The notes below the pieces were generated by a model. The model was given only the letters and a program-made list of their open reading frames with translations, searched no databases and was not told the DNA's origin. Positions 5,443-11,060 of a stretch of DNA of 11,060 nucleotides are shown in pieces. The position numbers and the translations under genes were made by a program. Every line of letters begins with the position of its first letter. The stretch's first letter is position 1. Source of the DNA: a bacterium (GTDB lineage Bacteria > Arandabacterota > Arandabacteria > Arandabacterales > JALGWA01); the NCBI GenBank assembly GCA_050125095.1, contig JASFEA010000104.1, forward strand, positions 1 to 11,060, written 5' to 3'.

Positions 5443-6957
5443 ATGGCGGACACAGCAGGGAATTCGAAGCTAGGGAATATGTGGACCAACCTGACACCCA
5501 GCCAGCGAATGATGATCGTGGGCACGGTGGCGGCGGTGGTCGTCGTCATCGTGGTGGGCGGCATCATTGCTTCAAGGGCGGGCTACTCGACGCTCTACTC
5601 GGGTTTGAGTCCCGAGGAAGCCGGCCTCATTGTGCAGGAGCTCGACTCGAAGAGCATACCTTACAGGATTGCGGGCGGGGGCAGCAGCATTCAGGTTCCC
5701 TCGAGCCAGGTCTACTCGGCCAGGATCGGCCTCGCCAGCGAGGGTTTCCCGAGGAGCGGCACGGTGGGCTTCGAGATATTCGACGGCAACCTGTTCGGGA
5801 TGACGGACTTCCTGCAGAAAGTGAATTACCGCAGGGCGCTCGAGGGCGAACTCGCCAAGACCATATCCCAGATGCAGGAAGTCGACGGCGTCAGGGTGCA
5901 CATAGTCATGCCGGAGCGCCCGCTCTTTAAGGAGGACGAGCAGCCGGCGACGGCTTCGGTCGTCCTCAAGGTCAATCCCGCGAGAACCCTGACCAACAGG
6001 CAGATAGAGGGTATAGCCTACCTCGTAGCCAGCAGCGTTGAGGGCCTCGAACCCGGCAGGGTGACCATACTCGACTCACGCGGCACGATGATGTCGAGGG
6101 GATTCCCCGGGGACGACGGCGACCCCGGAAACCAGCTGGAGCTGGCCCAGTCGGTCGAGTCCTACCTGGAGAACAAGGCGCAGACACTGCTGGACGAGGT
6201 GCTCGGCCCGGGCAGGTCCGTGGTCAGGGTATCGGCCGTCCTCAATTTCCGGCGCATCGAGAGCAGCACCGAGCGGTTCGATCCCGAGACCGCCGTCGTG
6301 AGGAGCGAAGAGAGAATCGAGACGACCGCCGGCGAGAGCGGTGACCGCAGCGAGACGTCAGTTACCAATTTCGAAATGGGTCGAACGGTCGAGAGCATAG
6401 CCAATGAAGTCGGCAATATCGAGAAGCTGTCCGTCGCCGTGATGGTGGACGGGAAATACGAAGAGACCACAAACCAGTACGGTGAAGTCACCAGGAACTT
6501 CGTACAGAGACCGGCCAGCGAGCTTCAGACGCTCGCCGGTATCGTTCGCAGCGCCGTGGGAGTCGACGACACGAGGGGCGACTACTTCGAAATCGCGACC
6601 ATTGCATTCGACAGGACATACCTGGAGGAGCAGGAGAGAGGCATGGAGAAGTTCATGAAGATGCAGTTTTACATGTCTATCGCCAAGAAGGGGCTGTATG
6701 CCGCGGCGATATTCTTTGCGATCTTCATGATCATCAGGCTCGTGAAGAAAGCGGCACGGGTCATTGAACAGGCGTCAAAGGCCCTTCCGCAGGCCGCCCC
6801 GCGCATGCAGCACCAGGTGCCGGTCCCGCAGCAAGGCGACGAGAAGGCGGGCAGAGCTCCTGCACCGGTCGCGGTGGGTGCCGGCCTGAACTACGCCGTG
6901 GAGAATCCGAAGGAAACCGCGTCACTCATAAAATCAATGATGGAAGAGGGGGAATAA
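5443..6957 (+). CDS. fliF: Flagellar MS-ring protein FliF
   Basis: Two hydrophobic segments; LYSGLS; GFEIFD-FGMTDFLQKVNYRRALEGELAKTI; RVHIVMPE-LF; LVASSVEGL-VTILDSRG; RSEE...TNFE; KLSVAVMVDG; C-terminal ENPKETASLIK. Confidence 0.98.
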   Translation: MADTAGNSKLGNMWTNLTPSQRMMIVGTVAAVVVVIVVGGIIASRAGYSTLYSGLSPEEAGLIVQELDSKSIPYRIAGGGSSIQVPSSQVYSARIGLASEGFPRSGTVGFEIFDGNLFGMTDFLQKVNYRRALEGELAKTISQMQEVDGVRVHIVMPERPLFKEDEQPATASVVLKVNPARTLTNRQIEGIAYLVASSVEGLEPGRVTILDSRGTMMSRGFPGDDGDPGNQLELAQSVESYLENKAQTLLDEVLGPGRSVVRVSAVLNFRRIESSTERFDPETAVVRSEERIETTAGESGDRSETSVTNFEMGRTVESIANEVGNIEKLSVAVMVDGKYEETTNQYGEVTRNFVQRPASELQTLAGIVRSAVGVDDTRGDYFEIATIAFDRTYLEEQERGMEKFMKMQFYMSIAKKGLYAAAIFFAIFMIIRLVKKAARVIEQASKALPQAAPRMQHQVPVPQQGDEKAGRAPAPVAVGAGLNYAVENPKETASLIKSMMEEGE

Positions 6958-6960
6958 ACC

Positions 6961-7989
6961 GTGGCTGAGCCGGCCAACTGGGATCAGATCAACGGTAAGA
7001 GGAAAGCGGCCATTTTCCTTCTGTCGCTGGGAAGTGAGGCCTCCGCGGAAGTCATAAAGAACCTGGGTGAGCGGGAGATCGAGGCGCTTGCCAATGAAAT
7101 AGCCTCGATAGGCATGGTGCCCCAGAACGTCAAGGACCGGGTCCTGAAGGAAATGGCGGGAGCCCTGGGCTCGGCCGCGACCGGCGGGGCCGGTGGGGTC
7201 GGCAAGGCAGAGGAAATGCTCGAGGTCGCCCTCGGGAAACCCAAGGCCTCGGAGATCGTCGGCAAGATGAAGACGCGGAAGGCTAGCGGCGCACTCAGAC
7301 AGATCGAGGAGATGGATTCCGGCACCGTGGTGGAGTTCCTCAAAGGGGAGCATCCGCAGACCATAGCTCTTATAGTCGCCCATCTCGAGTCGCAGGCGGC
7401 TGCGAAACTGCTCGCCGCACTTCCAGAAGAACAGCGTATCGAGGCGGCCCGGCGCATAGCGACGCTTGGTAACGTTTCGCCTGACGCCGCCGCGGAGGTC
7501 GAGCAGATTCTGGCCAGCCAGCTCGAGGGTCTCGGCAAGGGAGAGGACGTCTCAGCTACGAGCGGTGTCAAGGTCCTGGCCGACATCCTGAATGTCGCGG
7601 ACAGGTCTACGGAGAAGGAAGTCTTAGACGCCATCTCTGATGACAGTCCGGAGATCGCAAACCAGGTCAAGCAGCTCCTGTTCGTTTTTGATGACATCCT
7701 CAAGCTCGACGACAGAGCCGTGCAGAGAGTTCTGCGAGAGGTGGACACCAACGACCTGGCACTGGCCCTCAAGGCCTCGGACGAGGAGATAAAGAAGAAG
7801 ATTCTGGACAATGTCTCCGAGCGCGCCGCTGAGATGATTCAGGAAGAGATCGAATACATGGGTCCGAAGCGGCTGAGCGAGGTGGAAGCCGCACAGCTGA
7901 GGATCATTGAAGTCATAAGGAGCCTGGAGGAAGCCAACGAGATCATCATTCCAGGCCGTGGAGGAGGCTCCGGTGACACTGTTGTCTAG
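6961..7989 (+). CDS. fliG: Flagellar motor switch protein FliG
   Basis: GTG start. KAAIFLLSLG, EHPQTIALI, LFVFDDI-LDDRAVQRVLREVD-LALALK, NVSERAAEMIQEE-GPKRLSEVEAAQ. Confidence 0.98.
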   Translation: MAEPANWDQINGKRKAAIFLLSLGSEASAEVIKNLGEREIEALANEIASIGMVPQNVKDRVLKEMAGALGSAATGGAGGVGKAEEMLEVALGKPKASEIVGKMKTRKASGALRQIEEMDSGTVVEFLKGEHPQTIALIVAHLESQAAAKLLAALPEEQRIEAARRIATLGNVSPDAAAEVEQILASQLEGLGKGEDVSATSGVKVLADILNVADRSTEKEVLDAISDDSPEIANQVKQLLFVFDDILKLDDRAVQRVLREVDTNDLALALKASDEEIKKKILDNVSERAAEMIQEEIEYMGPKRLSEVEAAQLRIIEVIRSLEEANEIIIPGRGGGSGDTVV

Positions 7990-8620
7990 GCTCATACGAA
8001 GGGCCGAGATCGGCAAAGAGCCCTACCCCGTTTCGCCTGAGCGCGACGAGGGCATAATGGGCGCCGGCTGTTATGAGGATGAGAACGGAGCCAACGGGAT
8101 AGACAAGGCGGAGGAGGAAAGGAACCGAGTGTTCGAGGAGGGGCGCAGGCAGGGCTATGCCTCGTGCAAGGCCGAGATGGAAGCCAGGGTGCGGGAGGAA
8201 GCAAGCAACTTCACCTCAATGGTAGACGACCTCCTCGTCCAGAAGAAGAGGCTGCTCACCGAGTCGGAGGAGGCAGTGGTGAAGCTGAGCTGCGAAATCG
8301 CCAGGCGCATAGTCACCAGGATGGCTGAAGTCAATGAGACCGCAGTACTGGATATAGTGCGGAACGCGCTTGGACACCTCGCGGACAAGCACAGCGTGAC
8401 GATTAGGGTTAACCCGGCCGATGCGGAGGCGCTCAGGGCGCACAGCGACGATTGGGCCGAGGCCGCAGGGGCGGGTTCCAGTGTCGAAATAGTCGAGGAC
8501 ATGCGAATCAAGCGAGGCGGATGTCTGATCGAGGGCAACTCGGGCTCTGTGGAAGCCCAGCTCGACAGGCAGGTTGAAATGATAGAGAAGGCCCTGGTGG
8601 AGGCTGTTCATGCCGGTTGA
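7982..8620 (+). CDS. fliH: Flagellar assembly protein FliH
   Basis: GxxxG segment FEEGRRQGY, IARRIV, IRVNPAD, GGCLIE-GSVEA. The start is ambiguous: TTG7982 (MSRLIR, 8-nt overlap with fliG) or GTG7973 (SD AGGAGG at 7962-7967). Confidence 0.93.
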   Translation: MSRLIRRAEIGKEPYPVSPERDEGIMGAGCYEDENGANGIDKAEEERNRVFEEGRRQGYASCKAEMEARVREEASNFTSMVDDLLVQKKRLLTESEEAVVKLSCEIARRIVTRMAEVNETAVLDIVRNALGHLADKHSVTIRVNPADAEALRAHSDDWAEAAGAGSSVEIVEDMRIKRGGCLIEGNSGSVEAQLDRQVEMIEKALVEAVHAG

Positions 8621-9920
8621 TGTCGAGAAATACAGCGCCGTCATATCTTCGGTTGACCCGGTCACGCTGAGCGGGTGCGTCAGGCAGGTGATCGGGCTCG
8701 TCATCGAGTCCGACGGGCCTACGGTGTCTATCGGTGAGACCTGCCTTATCGAGAATGACTCTGAATCGAAGTCCGTGCGCTGCGAAGTTGTCGGTTTCAG
8801 GGACAATAAGGTGCTTCTCATGCCCCTGGGCGAAATATCCGGGATCTCACCTGGCTGTCGCGTGATAGCTGCGCGCGAGCAGTTCACGATCGGCGTCGGC
8901 CACGAGCTCCTGGGGAGAGTTATCAACGGTCTCGGACAGCCCATAGACGGCAAGGGACCCATACAGACAAGCGGGTCACGTATGGTCTCCCAGCGGGCGC
9001 CGCATCCGCTCAAGCGCAAGAGAATCTCGGCCCCCCTCGCCACCGGAATCAGGTCCATAGACTCGATGTTGACCTGCGGCAGGGGCCAGAGGGTCGGTAT
9101 CTTCTCCGGAAGCGGGGTCGGGAAGAGCGTCCTCCTGGGCATGGTGGCCAGAAATTCGGCGGCCGATGTCAACGTCATCGCCCTGATAGGGGAGAGAGGC
9201 AGGGAGGTCAGGGACTTCCTCGATAAGGACCTAAAGGAAGAGGGCCTGAAGAAATCGGTGGTCGTTACCGTGACCTCAGACCAGGCTTCTCTTATCCGCG
9301 TCAAGGGCGCGATGACGGCCACGTCCATAGCCGAGTACTTCAGGGACCTGGGCCTGGACGTGATGTTCATGATGGACTCGGTGACACGGGTGGCCATGAG
9401 CCAGCGCGAGATAGGCCTCGCGATCGGCGAGCCGCCGACCTCTAAGGGTTACACGCCTTCGGTGTTCGCCATGTTGCCCCGGCTTCTGGAGCGGTCGGGA
9501 ACGGCGGAAGTCGGCAGCATAACCGGGCTCTATGCGGTGCTCGTCGAAGGAGACGACATGACCGAGCCCATAGCCGACGCAGTGCGTTCGATCCTCGACG
9601 GACACATAGTGCTCTCAAGGAAGCTCGCACACCAGAACCACTACCCGGCCGTCGACGTTTTAGACAGCGTGAGCAGGCTCATGATCGATGTCGTGTCGCC
9701 GGAGCACCGGGCGGCGGCCAACAACCTGCGCGAGATCCTGGCGATCTACAGGGAAAACGAAGACCTCATCAATATCGGGGCATATGTCAAAGGCAGCAAT
9801 CCCAAGATCGACATGGCAATAGAGAAGATGCCGGTGATCAACGAGTTTCTCAGGCAGGGACTCGATGAATCATCTGACTTCGACGAGACCATTCAGAAGC
9901 TCATCGAGCTTCAGGGATAG
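8610..9920 (+). CDS. fliI: Flagellar export ATPase FliI
   Basis: SD GGAGG (8599-8603). GQRVGIFSGSGVGKS (Walker A), IALIGERGREV, MMDSVTR, GEPPTSKGYTPS, ILDGHIVLSR, GAYVKGSNP. Confidence 0.98.
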   Translation: MPVDVEKYSAVISSVDPVTLSGCVRQVIGLVIESDGPTVSIGETCLIENDSESKSVRCEVVGFRDNKVLLMPLGEISGISPGCRVIAAREQFTIGVGHELLGRVINGLGQPIDGKGPIQTSGSRMVSQRAPHPLKRKRISAPLATGIRSIDSMLTCGRGQRVGIFSGSGVGKSVLLGMVARNSAADVNVIALIGERGREVRDFLDKDLKEEGLKKSVVVTVTSDQASLIRVKGAMTATSIAEYFRDLGLDVMFMMDSVTRVAMSQREIGLAIGEPPTSKGYTPSVFAMLPRLLERSGTAEVGSITGLYAVLVEGDDMTEPIADAVRSILDGHIVLSRKLAHQNHYPAVDVLDSVSRLMIDVVSPEHRAAANNLREILAIYRENEDLINIGAYVKGSNPKIDMAIEKMPVINEFLRQGLDESSDFDETIQKLIELQG

Positions 9921-9928
9921 AGGACCTT

Positions 9929-10411
9929 ATGTGCGCTTTCAAGTTCAGGCTCGAATCGGTTGTGGGGCTGAAGAAGAAGAAAGAGGACGAGCGCAAGATA
10001 GCCCTCGCCAGCGCCAAGAAGGACCTCATGCAGAAAGAAGAGTGCCTTCTCAGCTTGAGCAATGAGAAGCGCGACTGTGTCGAGGCGGTCGGAAATAAAA
10101 CCGAACTCGGCGGAGTGAACATAGCCGAGATGCTCGTTTACTACGCATATCTGGAAAAACTCACTGATGAAATAGCGGAAAGCGCCGGCGCGGTCGAGCG
10201 CTCGCGTGAGGCGGTAGAGAACAAGCGCGAGCTGCTTCTTGAGAGCTCCCGGGAGAAGAAGGCGCTTGAGAACCTCCGGGAGAAAATGAAGGCCCGCTAT
10301 CTCCTGGCTGCACGCAGGGTGGAGCAGGTAAACATGGACGAGACGGCGGGCAGGTTTCACACGCTCAGGTCTGAAAAAGGTCTTCAATGGAAAGAGGAAG
10401 ATAAGCCATGA
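9929..10411 (+). CDS. fliJ: Flagellar export chaperone FliJ
   Basis: N-terminal FKFRLESVV, long coiled coil, EKKALENLREK, EQVNMDE. Follows fliI. Confidence 0.92.
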   Translation: MCAFKFRLESVVGLKKKKEDERKIALASAKKDLMQKEECLLSLSNEKRDCVEAVGNKTELGGVNIAEMLVYYAYLEKLTDEIAESAGAVERSREAVENKRELLLESSREKKALENLREKMKARYLLAARRVEQVNMDETAGRFHTLRSEKGLQWKEEDKP

Positions 10412-10965
10412 AGCTGCTAGAGAAAGTCAAAGTCCCGCTCGATGTGATTCTCATCGTGGTGGTGCCTTTTGCGGGTTTCCTGGTTCTGTTCATGTATCTC
10501 GCCGGTTTGATACCCGCGCAACCGATTGTCGTCGAGATACCGGGTGATGCGGTGGTAAGGCAGCTCAGCGATGGGAACAGTGAAGGACAGGTACAGGCGG
10601 CCCTGGCGGAGCCTGCTCCCCAGCCGGCCGCGGAGCAGCCCGCGCCGCCTCCGGAAGAGCCCGAGCAGGACGAATCGGAAAGCGAGCCCCTCAAGGATAC
10701 GGTTGAAGAGGTGCCTCCGAGCGTAGCCGGGAAGCCACTGGTCATCAAGGATCCCATCGACGCTGAACGGCTGCAGAGAGTTAAGCAGATAGCCAAGGTA
10801 TATGACCAGATGAACGCAAGCAGCGTGGCGGCCATAGTGAAAAGCATGAGCGACAAGGATGCGGTTGAGATCCTTTCGATGATGAACCCGAGAAACTCGG
10901 CGAGGGTCCTTGCGGCACTGGAGCCTGATAAGGCCGCGAGACTGAGCCTTATGCTGACGGAGTGA
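10408..10965 (+). CDS. MotE/YlxF-family (MgtE N-terminal-like) membrane-anchored flagellar protein
   Basis: N-terminal hydrophobic helix, Pro/Glu-rich linker, C-terminal VYDQMNASSVAAIV-M-AVEILSMMNPRNSARVLAALEPDKAARL. ATGA overlap with fliJ; usual position after fliJ. Confidence 0.85.
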   Translation: MKLLEKVKVPLDVILIVVVPFAGFLVLFMYLAGLIPAQPIVVEIPGDAVVRQLSDGNSEGQVQAALAEPAPQPAAEQPAPPPEEPEQDESESEPLKDTVEEVPPSVAGKPLVIKDPIDAERLQRVKQIAKVYDQMNASSVAAIVKSMSDKDAVEILSMMNPRNSARVLAALEPDKAARLSLMLTE

Positions 10966-10975
10966 GCGAAGAGAG

Positions 10976-11060
10976 ATGATCAACCCCGGTTTCACAGCGA
11001 GTACGGCCGTGACAGGACAGGCGGGCGGCAGACCGCCAGTCCAGCATTTGCTTCATGAAG
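10976..11060 (+). CDS. 5' fragment of the next gene, probably hook-length control protein FliK (by gene order only)
   Basis: ATG10976, 10 nt after the previous stop, open to the window end (MINPGFTASTAVTGQAGGRPPVQHLLHE). No diagnostic motif is visible. Confidence 0.45.
   Translation, partial: MINPGFTASTAVTGQAGGRPPVQHLLHE

Noticed and set aside
8216..9397. Long minus-strand ORFs (also 731-1519, 2012-2701, 2592-3278, 3536-4690, 6984-7811, 10417-10995)
   Set aside because: They lie antisense to well-supported genes and have no recognisable domains. Such shadow ORFs are expected with high-GC codon bias.
5443..10411. Non-flagellar type III secretion system
   Set aside because: flgB, flgC, fliE and a full-length fliG are flagellum-specific.

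Overview
High-GC bacterial DNA carrying the start of a flagellar basal-body gene cluster, all on the + strand. After a terminator and a ~750-bp regulatory region come an orphan helical protein (FliT/FlgN-like), a soluble PAS histidine kinase and a sigma54 response regulator (FleSR/FlrBC/FlgSR type), then flgB-flgC-fliE-fliF-fliG-fliH-fliI-fliJ, a MotE/YlxF-family gene and the start of a probable fliK. Two sigma54 -24/-12 promoters (709-724 and 4104-4119) and one sigma28-type promoter (308-335) can be read directly from the sequence. The structural genes are a well-known system. The unexplained parts are regulatory: a late (sigma28) promoter aimed at the early two-component operon, a Cys-rich orphan ORF that overlaps the next gene by TAATG, recurrent GGAA-N5-TTCC palindromes and a 12-bp motif shared by both sigma54 promoter regions, and an in-frame MTD[A/G] tandem repeat at the kinase N-terminus. 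No mobile element, CRISPR array, tRNA or rRNA was seen. No database searches were run, so all family calls rest on motif recognition and gene order.
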